This document shows, one piece after another, positions 1-12,000 of a DNA stretch of 64,000 nt (within the stretch, counting starts at the first letter, position 1; the number at the start of each line of letters is the position of its first letter). The notes below the pieces were generated by a model. That model was given only the letters and a program-made list of their open reading frames with translations, was not told where the DNA came from and did not search any database. The DNA comes from Marsupella aquatica (lineage: Eukaryota > Plantae > Marchantiophyta). The stretch spans positions 17,226,357 through 17,290,356 of the forward strand of contig OZ316892.1 of the NCBI GenBank assembly GCA_973895155.1, read 5' to 3'. A program made the position numbers and the translations under genes.

Positions 1-2
1 CG

Positions 3-278
3 ATCAAGAATTTTGCCGTTTTGTATTTGGTCGACATCAGTGAGGTCCCGGACTTCAACACCATGTATGAATTGTATGATCCCTGCACCATCATGTTCTT
101 TTTCAGGAACAAGCACATCATGATTGATCTGGGCACCGGAAACAACAACAAAATCAACTGGGCTTTGAAGGACAAGCAAGAGTTCATCGATATTGTCGAG
201 ACTGTTTACAGAGGAGCTAGAAAGGGACGAGGTTTGGTCGTTTCCCCTAAGGATTACTCCACCAAGTACCGATACTGA
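3..278 (+). CDS. DIM1: DIM1/YLS8 (TXNL4A) thioredoxin-like U5 snRNP protein, 3' part (5' end outside window)
   Basis: Frame open from nt 3: IKNFAVLYLVDISEVPDFNTMYELYDPCTIMFFFRNKHIMIDLGTGNNNKINWALKDKQEFIDIVETVYRGARKGRGLVVSPKDYSTKYRY*, the near-invariant Dim1 C-terminal half. Confidence 0.97.
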   Translation: MKNFAVLYLVDISEVPDFNTMYELYDPCTIMFFFRNKHIMIDLGTGNNNKINWALKDKQEFIDIVETVYRGARKGRGLVVSPKDYSTKYRY

Positions 279-351
279 AGAGTTTCTATCGTCAGTGCCA
301 TTTTCCCGTCCCGAGACAGCGTCCCTCCACCATGGTCCCCACCCGCTCTCA

Positions 352-575
352 GGTGTTGTGTAGCCTGCAAGTCAAAGCACTCGGCTCTTCTAGTTTTTAA
401 AGAATCGAGCTGAGTGTGTATTAGGGTTTCGTCGTTATGTTGCAATTCAAAGCACTTGGCTTTCTAGTTTTTAAAGAAAATAGCTGAATGCGTTTTAGGG
501 TTTCGTCGTTATGTAGCCTGACGATCGACTACAGCAACGATCGTTATGTAGCCTGACGATCACTACAGCAACGTT
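352..575. repeat. Nested short tandem duplications in the DIM1 3' region (~76-bp unit x2, ~35-bp unit x2)
   Basis: tcaaagcact..ttctagtttttaaagaa..gctga..ttagggtttcgtcgttatgt occurs twice (about 372 and 446). tcgttatgtagcctgacgatc(g)actacagcaacg occurs twice (about 506 and 541). Confidence 0.85.
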
Positions 576-1824
576 CTGTAGGGAATCTTAATTCAGAGGG
601 AAGCAAGATGAGACGATTTTATAACTCACAGCTTACTCATTAGTATCCAAATGAGGGATATTTTGATGCGCACCTTCGCTTGTTTCTCGAAGGTGGAATT
701 TGTTATCATTGATTAAGCATCAGATCACATTTGTGGCTCTCAACTTTCACCGGGACATTTAATGTGCTTCGAATCCAATATGCAAGCTCCCTTTGTGTAC
801 GTTCAGCCTAGTGAACCAGATCTTTGTATTTTTTAGTACTGATTAAGTTTCCGCCATCTGTGCAATTTCGAAAGTGTGACAAACATTTCCACTGACTGAT
901 ACCTTCAAGGTACTATATTTTAAGAGTAGTGCTCTCGTGTAAGACTTTGAAAATATTGTTTACCATCACTTCTGGGTCTTCTGGTGAGAATTGTGATGAC
1001 TGCTCGTCTTGTTCCTACTAGTTCACCGTGGATTTCAGATTTTGTCTTGTGCGCACGCTGCTGTCAAAGCTCCCTACAGCAATCAGTGAAAGTGGAGGGC
1101 CATTTGGAGCTTGCTCAACATGTTCGGTTCCAGCTTGTTCATCATGTGCAGCCATACTGAGGAAGACCGTTTTGTTCTCACTTTGGAGGGCTTTCAAGTG
1201 TGCTGTGAGCTTTAGTAGTCCGTAGAATGAGTGCAATTTAGTACGGAGCTTATTTCAGTGTTAAAGGAAATCTAGGCAGCGAAAACCTCGGGCAGGAATC
1301 TTGTCTAAGAACGACACATGGTGTTCAGAGGTGATTAGGTGCGGAATTGTTTCCATTTCCTAGATAGAGCCCCACTTTTCAAGCGAATTTGCTCTTATTG
1401 TCCCTCATTAAAGTGAATGATGACTCATCCAGTCGATGCAAATTAGCCAATTCTAGAGAGGTGAAGAAGAGACCCACTGATGACAGATATTATGGTTATT
1501 TTCCCGTGAATGAGCTGAAATTTACAATGCTTGATACAAACACTGATCGATATATCTTCAAAGACAATTCCTCCACGACGGCAAGCGGTAATGATTTGAC
1601 ATACTGGGATTGTACACTTAGTGAAGTTGTTTCAGATAGTTACGGATAATTCGCTATGTGGAGTCATAAGTCGAATTGCTTAATGTGTGATTTCCAGACC
1701 TGTAAATGATCCCCAATGAACATCTGACTACTCCTTGTCTCCGAGATTTTGCCTGTCTGCTTGGTCCAGGGGCTACATTCCGGAGTGAATGAAACCCAGA
1801 AAGACTTTGTAGACGACGTCACCT

Positions 1825-2640
1825 TATTTGAATCTGGAGGGTTTGGTGACGAAACGAGAAATTAAATGTCTATAGTATCCTCAAGAACTGCGCTCCACTG
1901 TTTCTGCGAGAACTTCGTAGCCCAGGAAATTCAGTATCCATTGACGAGTCGTGACGGTAGCCTTAGGTGGCGGAATCTTGCGGGTTTGATAGAACGGAAC
2001 GAGTATGTATTTCCAATGAACAGAAATTAGAGGTCTACAGTATCCTCACGAACTTCTCGCCTCCATTTCTGAGAGAACTTTATAGCCAGGACAGACAGTG
2101 TCCAATGATAAGTCGTGATGATAGCCTTCGGTAGTGGAATCTTGCGGGTTTGATAGTACGCAACGAGATTGTACTCCAGTCATCAGCAATTGGAGGTCTT
2201 TAGTATCCTTAGGAACTGGTCGGCTCTATTACTTCTGAGAGAACTTTGTGGCCAGGACACTCAGTGTTTAATAACAAGTAGTGCTGGTGTGCAATCTTGC
2301 GGGTTTGATAGTACGGAACGAGATTGCATGAAAGTCAACAGAAATTGGAGGTCTACATTATCCCTTAGAGCTGCTCTATTTCTGAGAGAACTTTGTAGCA
2401 CATGAAGTTTCCAATGAGAAGTAGGGATGGTACCATCAAGTTGTGGAATCTTGAGGGATTATAATTATGGAACGAGATTTCATTTCCAGTGAAACAGAAA
2501 TTGGAGATCTCCATTTCCTCTCGAACTCCTCTATTTCTCCGAGGACTCTTGTGGCCAGGACATTCAGGGTCCATGACATGTAGTGATGATGCCCTCAGGC
2601 TGCCAAGAAGACTTGGTGGGATCACGGTGGAGTCTTGAAA
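1825..2640. repeat. Degenerate tandem array, about 5 copies of a ~145-180 bp (mostly ~155-165 bp) unit
   Basis: Anchor gaatcttgcgggtttgatag (or variants) recurs at about 1830, 1974, 2137, 2293 and 2446. Each is followed by aacgag..agaaattggaggtct..tatcct..tttctgagagaacttt.tagc. Confidence 0.88.
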
Positions 2641-3433
2641 TCTCCCACGACTCATTAAGAAACTATCGCACGACTAATCAAGGAAATGGAAGAACATGAC
2701 AACAATGGCAACCACGGTCTGCCATAGTTCTAGTTCCGTCCACTCATTCTAAGTTGGACTCGCAGCTCGACGATAATCGTGGCCCATCAATGACAAAATT
2801 ACCACAATGCCACAACCATTGAATGTATCAGTAAGGTAATACTATAAGGTACGGTATGCGAGATCAGATTTGGGGATCTAGGGAAACTAAATTACCCATC
2901 CATGTCTCCGACATTCTTTCGATAGTTACGTAGGCGAATCTTTTTCGAATTCCCAGACTTGATTTATTCCTCCATGACTTTTTTACACATCAGACAATGG
3001 TCAGGAATCCAACAGCCATCCATCTCAACACTATTTTCGGGCTGGTTTAGGAAGGAAAGCCCGTAGCATATTCCACGACATGTGATTTATTCATCAACAA
3101 TTTGGTTTCACACGGAGAAACGTCAAGCCCAGCCAGGCTACGATTGAAAACAGTCCTTCTGTCACCCCTCAACCGTCGCCTACACGCACAGTATGAAAAT
3201 CGGATTGGGAGTCATGGTGACAAGAACTGAATCTCTGAAAGTGATCATCCGCTAGAGAGTAAGCTCTGCTCAGTGACGTGACTAGTTAATTAGATTATGC
3301 AATGAGCAGCAACGGCACAATCACTAGCAGGAAGAGCAAAATCACTCCAGGGAAAGCCGAAAAGGTAATCCAGAAGAGAACCGTGTTGAGTTTCGGCGAC
3401 CGAGAAAATGGACTGAAGGAATCTACCCAGGAT

Positions 3434-3760
3434 TCAGATCAACTTTACACCCTTGTCCCTGAGGTTGTCAACAAGTGCCTTCCGTTTCCCATGGTACCGC
3501 TGGCCCTTCTCAAGCTGAAATGAGATGGCAGGGATCTCCTTCGCTATCAACCGGTCCGCCAAAATCCGCCCTATCGTCGCCGCAGCTGCTACATCAGCAG
3601 TGCAAGGAAGTTCCGTGCGTAGAGCCTTCTCCTGCGTAGAGGCGGCTATGACCGTGGTGCTCGTCGGCGAATGCACCACTTGGGCGCTCACATACTTATT
3701 AGAAAAGAACATCTTCAGCACATAGGGCTTGAGGAACTTCTTCATCATCTCCCTACCCAT
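3434..3760 (-). CDS. RPL18: Ribosomal protein uL18 family, probably mitochondrial uL18m; intronless, 108 aa
   Basis: LKPYVLKMFFSNKYVSAQVVHSPT..AASTQEKALR..DVAAAATIGRILADRL..GQRYHGKRKALVDNLRDKGVKLI matches the short plant mitochondrial L18 type (At5g27820-like, from recall). Confidence 0.92.
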   Translation of the reverse strand: MGREMMKKFLKPYVLKMFFSNKYVSAQVVHSPTSTTVIAASTQEKALRTELPCTADVAAAATIGRILADRLIAKEIPAISFQLEKGQRYHGKRKALVDNLRDKGVKLI

Positions 3761-3983
3761 CGCGAAATTCCCGAGCGAAGTGACGCCTCAACCTAACAAA
3801 AGAACCCAGGGAGAAATCTACGGAGTTGCGAAGACTTGACTAATCAAAGGGGAAAATTTCTCGAGTGAGGCACAGAGGAGGCGAGAGCACAGACGCAAGA
3901 GACGAGCCTAGAACCGAGATGTCAGTTGGCCAGGGGATAGCCTAGAAGTCTAAAACCCAGAACCGAGAGGTCTCCGTTTCAAT

Positions 3984-5035
3984 AGGGGGTCTCAATTATG
4001 AGACCCTGGTCTGCCAAAACGGGCCCGGGCTGACGCCCACTACAAGGGCCCCGGCCTTAGGGTATGGACTCTACGCAAAGGGAGGGGGAGAATTTTGAGA
4101 CGCTCTGCCAGGCCCAATACGGCACTATTAATGGAATATGTACAGGGCCCCGTTTTTGAATGAACCTCAAGGGGATGGGCAACAACCTGAAGAACCACTA
4201 AAATGGTAATATGTATAGGGCCCGTTTTTGAATGAACCCCAAGGGATGGGCAACAACCTGAAGAACCACTAAAATAGTAATATGTACCTCCCCGTTTTTG
4301 AATGAACCTCAAGGGATGGGCAATAACCTGAAGAACCACTAAAATGGTAATATGTATAGGGCCCTGTTTTTGAATGAACCTCAAGGGATGGGTAACAACC
4401 TGAAGAACCACTAAAATGGTGAAGAACCACTAAAATGGTAATATGTACAGGGCCCGTGTGTGAATGAACCTCAAGGGATGGACAACAACCTAAAGAACCA
4501 CTAAAATGGTAATATGTATAGGGCCCCATTTTTGAATGAACCTCAAGGGATGGGCAGCAACCTGAAGAACCACTGAAATGGTAAAATGTATAGGGCCCCG
4601 TTTTTTAATGAACTTCAAGGGATGGGCCACAACCTGACGAACCACTAAAACAATAGGCACTTGCAAGCCAGGGAAAAATGACGTCGCACTCTTGTCAATT
4701 TTGAAAATAGTCTCACCTTCTTCCATGAGCGATCGAACGACAGAGCAGCCATAGCTAGAGCAGCGTTCAGCGTTCGATGAAGCAGCTCGCACACACAGTG
4801 TGCTCGACGTTGCCCTACGACCATTGGGTTCGGGAGAGGAGAGGCAGGCACGGGGAGGGAGGCAAGGCAAGTCGCGTCTATACCGGCTGCCAAACGGTCA
4901 CGGGACAACGTTGGCTCTCGGGCCGGATGTGTGACGACCAGGGTTTCGGACGCCCGCACCCTTTTGGCGGACGTCTGTTTTGGGCCTTAACCGGGCAGCC
5001 CGTATGGGCAATCGGGCAAATAATTGAGACCCCCT
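3984..5035. mobile_element. Non-autonomous TIR DNA transposon (1052 bp) with 3-bp AAT TSD, PIF/Harbinger (PHIS)-like
   Basis: Perfect 16-bp TIRs AGGGGGTCTCAATTAT (3984-3999) and ATAATTGAGACCCCCT (5020-5035), with AAT on both sides. A paralogous uninterrupted host repeat at about 5235-5262 (gtctcctgttcAATcccc) has a single AAT. Confidence 0.85.
4137..4650. repeat. Tandem array of 7 x ~72 bp inside the AAT-TSD element
   Basis: Unit atgtayagggcccgtttttgaatgaacctcaagggatgggcaacaacctgaagaaccactaaaatggtaat. One copy carries an extra ~20-bp internal duplication near 4420. Confidence 0.95.
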
Positions 5036-5057
5036 AATCCCCTTGACTCCTCCGTGA

Positions 5058-5262
5058 GTAGAGCCTACAACCGAGAGGTTAGCTGACCAAGGTTAGTTGG
5101 CCGAGGTCAGTTGGCTAGGGGGATCAGCCTAGAATCAAGAGATTAGTTGGCCGAGGTCAATTGGCTAGGGGCAATGAGCCTAGAATCGAGAGGTTAATTT
5201 GTCGAGGTCAGTCGGCTAGTGGGGACGAGCCTAGAACCGAGAGGTCTCCTGTTCAATCCCCC
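5058..5262. repeat. ~55-bp tandem repeat (about 4 copies); same family as 3900-3983 on the other side of the TIR element
   Basis: gagcctagaa(c/t)cgagagg..agttggccgaggtcagttggctagggg recurs here, and related copies lie at 3902-3980. Confidence 0.8.
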
Positions 5263-5284
5263 CTATACATGCCAGAGTTGTGGA

Positions 5285-5975
5285 GAGTGAGTGTGGATGG
5301 GGTGTAGTGGTGGGAGTCCTGGTTTCTCCTCAGCCCTTGGCTATCCCCTTTTTGACTCTGGTCAACACTCTGTCCGTCATGGTACTGGGTATGACTGCAC
5401 TTGGTCGCTACCCTACAGGGGTGCATGCTCCAGAGTTGAACATTTATCCTCTGTTGGATGGGTCAGCTTTTGGTACTCATGGCAAAAAATAGGGCAAAAA
5501 ATAAAACAAAAAAATGAGAGAAGACATTGCCCTTGTAACCAACTGTCTTTGGTTAGTTGGCCAGGGGTGTGTAGGTGGGGTGTGTAGGTGGGACTCATGG
5601 TTAGTCCTCAACCCCTAGCTGGCCCACTTTGGGACCCTGGTTTACCCATAGCTCCCTCCTGGTCTGAATCCGTGTTGGATCTTTGGGTATTGTCCCCTTG
5701 TGGCTACCCTAATAAATTGCATGCTCCGGAGCAAAACGTCTATCCTCTGTTGAATTGGATGGGTTTTCTTTCGGCTTTCAAGACAAAAAAAGACATCACT
5801 CTTGCACCAACATCAGCATAGTGCCATTCCGGTGTGGATGGGTTTGCTTTCGGCTTTCAAGACAAAATAAAAGACATCACTCTTGCACCAACACCACTGT
5901 AGTGCCATTCCTGTGTCCGAACAGCACCGTGGTGCCATCCCTGTGCGCCAACACTGCCGTAGTGCCACCCCAACT
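5285..5975. repeat. Hierarchical degenerate tandem repeats (~290-bp unit x2, ~79-bp unit x2, 30-bp unit x3), probably TE-derived
   Basis: gctacccta..tgcatgctcc.gag..aac.t.tatcctctgttg occurs at about 5407 and 5703. tggatgggttt.ctttcggctttcaagacaaaa..agacatcactcttgcaccaaca occurs at about 5756 and 5835. gtgcca..cc units lie at 5902, 5932 and 5962. Confidence 0.7.
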
Positions 5976-8900
5976 CGCAAGGATCTGCCAAAAATAATTC
6001 CCATATCAGGAGGAGACCAGACCCGGGGCCAAAGAGAGTTTGGTCACAATAGACTGAACAAAAAAGAGGATGAACTAAATATACTTTACTTATGTCCCCA
6101 ATATATCGGAGTGTCTTGTTGGTAATGGATGAGGATGTGACTTGATTTAGGGTCTAGACCAAGAAGTCAAGATGTCTCAATCTTGACTCAAGATATTCTA
6201 AAATCTTATGAAATAAATTATGATCTCATATGAAAATATCTGCTTTAATCCATCTCTTGTGTAGTAGCACAAATTGCTTTTATGTTTCTATGATAGATTA
6301 GCTTTTAAGTTTTGTTATAAATACCTATCATAGAACATTATCCTTATTTGGCAATTGAAAATGGGATTTCTTATATGAATAAGGTCTAGCAATTAAGAAT
6401 CTATACTAAATCTCTTTTGTGTGTGGAAAAAACATAACAATCACAAGGTGAAGATCATTCATTTGTTTGTTTGGAAAAATATAACAAGTATAATGTAAAG
6501 AGCATTTATTTCAACATGACACTTGCAAATAACATGAGTTTGAATTTAAATCCACATATGGTTTGAAATTTTGATAAAGAAAATAAGTGTATTGAACCTA
6601 AATGTATCTAAAACAATAACATTTAAACTTGAGCATCCCCCACCTAATATTAAATAAATCATAAAGAATTAAGTTTACTTCTCCTCTCATTGTTAACCTT
6701 TTGTTGACGTATCAACGGACCAACATCTGAAGAATGAACACGTTCATCGGCAAAAAAAAAATTCAAACACTATATTGCATAATTTTTCTATGCATGATAT
6801 TGCTATATAATTGAGGCCAAAAGCAAAATTTTAACCGCTCAAGTCAAGCACTATTTTTCAACAATTGCAAGTCACAAAACTCACTACCCTACCACTCAGC
6901 TCCCCACTTAGCTCTGACATCCCCAACTCCAACGTCAAGCTCCTCTATGGTCCAGGCCCAAGATGGTCATCCGAAAGGGGACTAAGCATGGGAAGACTTG
7001 AGAGCAATGAAACATTTCTCCAACAAAGGCAAGGCTCTGAACTAGAGCATAAGGAACCTACTAGCGTTAGGAGGTGTTTGAGCCATGGGACTGGCTAGGC
7101 TTGGAGTGGACCATCCGGACCTTCAAACGGATTCATAGTTCTGAGAGCTTGAGTGAGAGCTCTTTTTGGGCCTAAGTGTAACAAAGTTCAGATCATGCAA
7201 AACAAACAAGAAAATGTCTAACCTATGAGAACAGAAGCCACTCGGGACAAAGCTGCCTGAGACTCCCAACAGGAGATAAGCCTTGAGGGCCTGGGCACGA
7301 GCATTGCACTGGCCCAATCATGACGGGCTAAGACACTTTGCCTACGTACATCTAACTAGAAAATTATGGTTGACTTGGTTGGAGTCCAAGTGGGGGGCCA
7401 AAAATAGGGGACCAAGTTGGTAGGGGTGACAGGTCTCCAAAAGCATAAATGAGGAGAGTGGTGTCTCTCAATGGGCCAGAGGTGACCCCAAGTTATGAAG
7501 CACGGTGATCACGTTACTAAGAGGAAACACCGAACAAAACAACAATATTTCATCAACAAGAAGTCCATTAGAGGATGTATTGGGTGCATTGGAAAGCTCA
7601 ACTAATCTCAAGTGGGTCTAGGGATATCTTGGGTGCATTGGAAAACTCAACTGGGTCTAGGGATGCATTTGGTTCTCACGGTTTGCAAGGGCTATCCCCG
7701 GGCTATCTCTTTGCTTGCCGATCCTACCAAAATAGCAGCCAAGCCTCGTTCAATTTTCCACAAGAGCTTGCATCGGAGAGACGATGCAAAGTAAACATGG
7801 GTGTTGAGGTCCAAGAGCATCATGCCCTTGCATTCTTGGTTGAGTGGATGCAAAGAGACAGCTGCTAGAGTTCAAGCTGTGCCTGGGATTATCAAATGGT
7901 AGGAATGCAAAAGCAGAACCTGGAGCAGATCTGTATGGTCGAGAATTGAACTTCAGACAGGTCACGAGTCACCCCTGGACATAGCCACCTGGGTTGAAGG
8001 GTAAGCCATGTTGATCTCAGTTAACTTGGAGCCACCAAATATCCTGTCTCTGATATAAATCTATATTCATTTATTGGACACAGAACTAGGATAGTGTGAA
8101 TTATACCTTCAAAGCCGCCTTAGATCAAGGCTTCCCAGTCTGTCAGCACTTCCAGAGATGCACGAGATCAAAGACTCTAAATAGTTATCAATGGGCTGTA
8201 CTGGTTGTCCCGTGATTCCTAATGACACCAGTTTGCCTCCGTAATTGGCTAGCTAGTTTATTCTAGTTCTTGAAAACAAGCTACTGCATCACTGTAGTTT
8301 GCCAAAATTATGATATCTATTATATTGATGGTTCTTTGGATCCCATCTTCCAAACGGGAGGCATGTCCAGTTCTTAGATGACATATTTCCTAGCCTTCGT
8401 GACTCTGATAAAAGTGCAAATCATGACTCCCCTAGACTGGCGAGGAGCTGCAAAATGTCTGCTCACGTCACTCACTGCAAATTATTTCAAGCGCAGATAC
8501 ATAAAGCATTATATGAGCCGCAATGAGGCTATCCGCAATACGCCAACAATGCCACCCAGCCTCGAAGGAACTGGTGGCATGCTCCAACATCACATTCCAA
8601 GAGGTCGAATTCCAATCGGTCATGCGCTACTTGAACACAAACAATCGGATGAACATATCTTGACTCCAATTGGAGGCTGGCAGTGTCAGTCAGTATCAAG
8701 GCAACCCCTCAGTGTAGAAGCTTGCTAATTTGAAGCATTCAGGAAGCATTGAGGCGAAAGGACTAGCCATTATAGAACTAGACTAAATGCAGGCCTCATT
8801 TGAGCCCGGAGCATCACATGTCTTACTAGACTAAACGAGACATTGAATTTACACGTCTCGACCGTAAACAAGCTTTATTAAATAAAATTAATGGGACTTG

Positions 8901-9012
8901 CTCATCAACATTACGAGATGGCAGTGCATTGATTTTCTTGTATCTACTTCTAAAAAATACTGTACAAGACTGGAAGACGGGAGATTCTGCCAGTACCTAA
9001 ACCACCTACGAA

Positions 9013-12000
9013 TCAATTACCACCTGTAAATGTGAGCCTTGAAAAAAATGTGCGTGGTGTATTCACACCACTGTCAACAACAGCCGCTGCCCCACTTAGA
9101 GGTAGAGGTACATTATTTCCGTTTGCAGTACTGTAGGTGTCATGGCACCTTTTCAGCTGCACCAAAATTCGACTCAACTCGTGAGTGTCATTGAAAGACC
9201 AAAGCTACTGATCTTCAGTCCACATGTACATCTTAATTATCATGTAAAGACGATAGGACGCTACAAGATGTCAATTGACAATATCTCAAAATATTCTCAA
9301 GAAAATTCCAATCAGTAAGTTTGAAAGTACGTGGCGACTCAACGCGCAGATAATGGCCAGACACGCCTAAAGGAAATTGCAAGAGTGAACACAGGGACGA
9401 CGATTATCACCTCTTCGGGGCTGAATTGCAAGAGCATGGCAACAACTGGGAGTAGAGCTTCCACTTCACCTGGAAGGACAATTTGGCTTCTTAGATCAAA
9501 ACATAACAGTGACGTGGAAGTACCCCCCACCATCACTACAGCTGGCTGAACATGACACACCATCTCAATTTGCATCCCAATCTACAATAGGCCTATGATT
9601 TGCAAGATCACTGAATTTAAGCAGGTGGTGCCAGGTCTACCAGACATTGACTTATGCTGGAACGTTCCTTTCTTAAACCACTGTTTTCCAGACAGAAACT
9701 ATCAGTCAGTACACACTTTCCCATTATGCAACTGCATCTGAATTAAAATCAGTTCTATTGCCAGACTTTCTTAAACGAAGCGTAGAGGAGCTGTACCCGT
9801 TTCAAGTAATTTTAGAATCACGTTTTTCAAATAAGTCATATCCACACCATCGCGCTTGTGAGCTCGTTCCAAACTCCGAAGCTCCTCTTTCAGCAATGCT
9901 TCCTAGAAACACGATTTCCAAATAAGGTACAGCCTCAAAGAGTTTTTGAACCTTATAACAAAACTCATTTCACCAGAAGTCCGTCGTTGTAGGGTACAGA
10001 AGCAAGAACAAAAGGGTCAGTTTGGCCCCTCGTGCTAGGACCTAAACATTCTGTTTCGGTTTGCTCAAAGGTTTCTAGTCTACTAGGAAAGTAGCTGCGC
10101 ATTGGAGCTCTTACTTGTTGGCTGTGAAGTCGATTTTCGTGTTCCAGGTCTACGATCTCCTCCTGCCAATTGAAAACCAATCGTTCGTGATAAAAATCCA
10201 TCACAAGTGGAAATTCGTTCAAACGTAGTCTTATCGGATCACATGAGGTTAGACCGCACACTGTCAGGGGAAATTCTTACTTGCAAGACTTGAATGTGCC
10301 GGCGACATTGGGTGACCTCCTCTTCCCTTTGAGCTTGTTGCCTTGCCAGTATCTGGACGGATGTAATCAACTTACAATTTATTAGTCATCCATGGAAATT
10401 TGTTTTTATATAAGATGACACAGTTCGGATGAATTACAGAGATTCCAGTGAACCAGGGCAATACTCCACAAGCTACAGACCTAACAAAAGTTCCAACTCT
10501 TCTCCGCTGTAGAACGGACATCTAGCAACTCCGGTGTGTGCATTACAACGCTGACAAACATATGACATGAAAACTTATGCAGAGTAACCATATGCACGTC
10601 AGGCCTAATTATAAATGGACAGCTCAGCAATTTACTCGACCAAGCAAAGTTCACACTGTCACAATTTAATCTTCTAAACCCGCGACCTCATCAGTTACTT
10701 TCGCATGTCAATTATGAAACCTTGTGCTTAAATTCCTTGAAACCATATCCACTCTTTATTCAGACCACATTCGAATAAAATCGTGCATGCGCAGAGTTTC
10801 TGACCAATATTTGATGCTCTGCAACTTGAACTCCTTCAGAATCTAGATCTGCCAAGTCTTGTGCTGCAACAGCAAGAAAATGACAGTCGATTCATTAATT
10901 TAGGATTCATACTTAATTGCCACTGCTGTAGAAAGTTTGCGACCAATTATTTCGCACCCGCTAGTTGAGAAGCGTGTTTCATACATAATGATTCAATTAT
11001 TTCAAGCACTTGAGTTCTACGCCCTACCTTGAGTACCTGAGCACTACAAAATTACAGTTTCTTGTAATAAGAAAAATAGCTACGTCAAACAGGTTCTAAT
11101 TCAACACAAAGTTCACTTCCAATGGGCCTTCTTACCTTTAACATTTTGTAAATCATCTCGAACCTGTTCCATGGGCAAATGCGTTTCAAATCAGATGTAC
11201 CACAACAGTGAAGAACTCACGGTTGAGAATGCATGTATGTCTGCGATTTAAAGTCGTCGGGACGACCACAAAAAATTCACGCTTCTGAATTATCCACCTA
11301 TCATCCTTTCATTTCTGACATTACAAGAAAGCTATAGACTCTAACCTGAGCTTGCGAAACTGAAGGACGTTGAAAGGCAGCGTTGTTTTCCAACAGACGG
11401 GCTATTTCTTGGTCTTTCTCCACTATCATAGAGTCCACCAGATCGTGAAATGTCTCAAACTCGACCTGCACAATGTTTGGTACAAGGTTTCAGACTAGAA
11501 CCATTAGATATTTCAGCTCTTCAAACCAGATAAACCCGAATGGTTTAGTTCAATGAACAGTAAGCTCTCCACGACTGTCTGGAGGCTGCAGCTGCTTAAA
11601 GGTTTTGTGATCCAAGAGCTTTTTTTTAGAAAGAAATCACACGAATCTCTGCGTTCAATTACTCACCTTTAAGTTTTTGTAATCAGTCATCAGTGCCGTG
11701 TATTCACGTTTCAAATCAGCTTCTACACTGCCCTTAACCGTTGCTTCCAATGTATCACATTTCACTGCAAAGAGAGTTTTAGATCAGATAGACAAACACA
11801 TATGCAGCCAGTATAAACAGCTTATCCTACGGAGCAAGCATCCAAAATACAGATCGAGGGAATTTTGGCACACAACAACTTTGAGCGGCACAAGTCATTC
11901 TCACGCGCACAGATACTTCACTGCACACTTAATATATGTCTGCGCCAAATTATTAACGACCAAATGCAGAATGGCTAATAGAAATTAAGTGCTCACAGCG

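Noticed and set aside
1018-1236. 72-aa minus-strand ORF and nearby short ORFs
   Set aside because: No recognisable motif, non-ATG start and no supporting exon structure.
4137-4650. CRISPR-like regular array, and ORFs 4040-4411, 4269-4529 and 4490-4870
   Set aside because: Units are contiguous near-identical 72-mers with no unique spacers, there are no cas genes and the context is eukaryotic. The ORFs are translations of the repeat.
7612-7794. Possible LINE RT remnant (VCKGYPRAISLLA ... RRDD, loosely like VRQGCPLAPLLFA ... FADD)
   Set aside because: It needs too many substitutions and the motif spacing is too short to support without an HMM search.
10480-10550. Extra exon candidate inside the GRIP gene
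   Set aside because: Flanking exons already join in frame as AEHQIL|ILARQQ, and including this segment breaks the phase.
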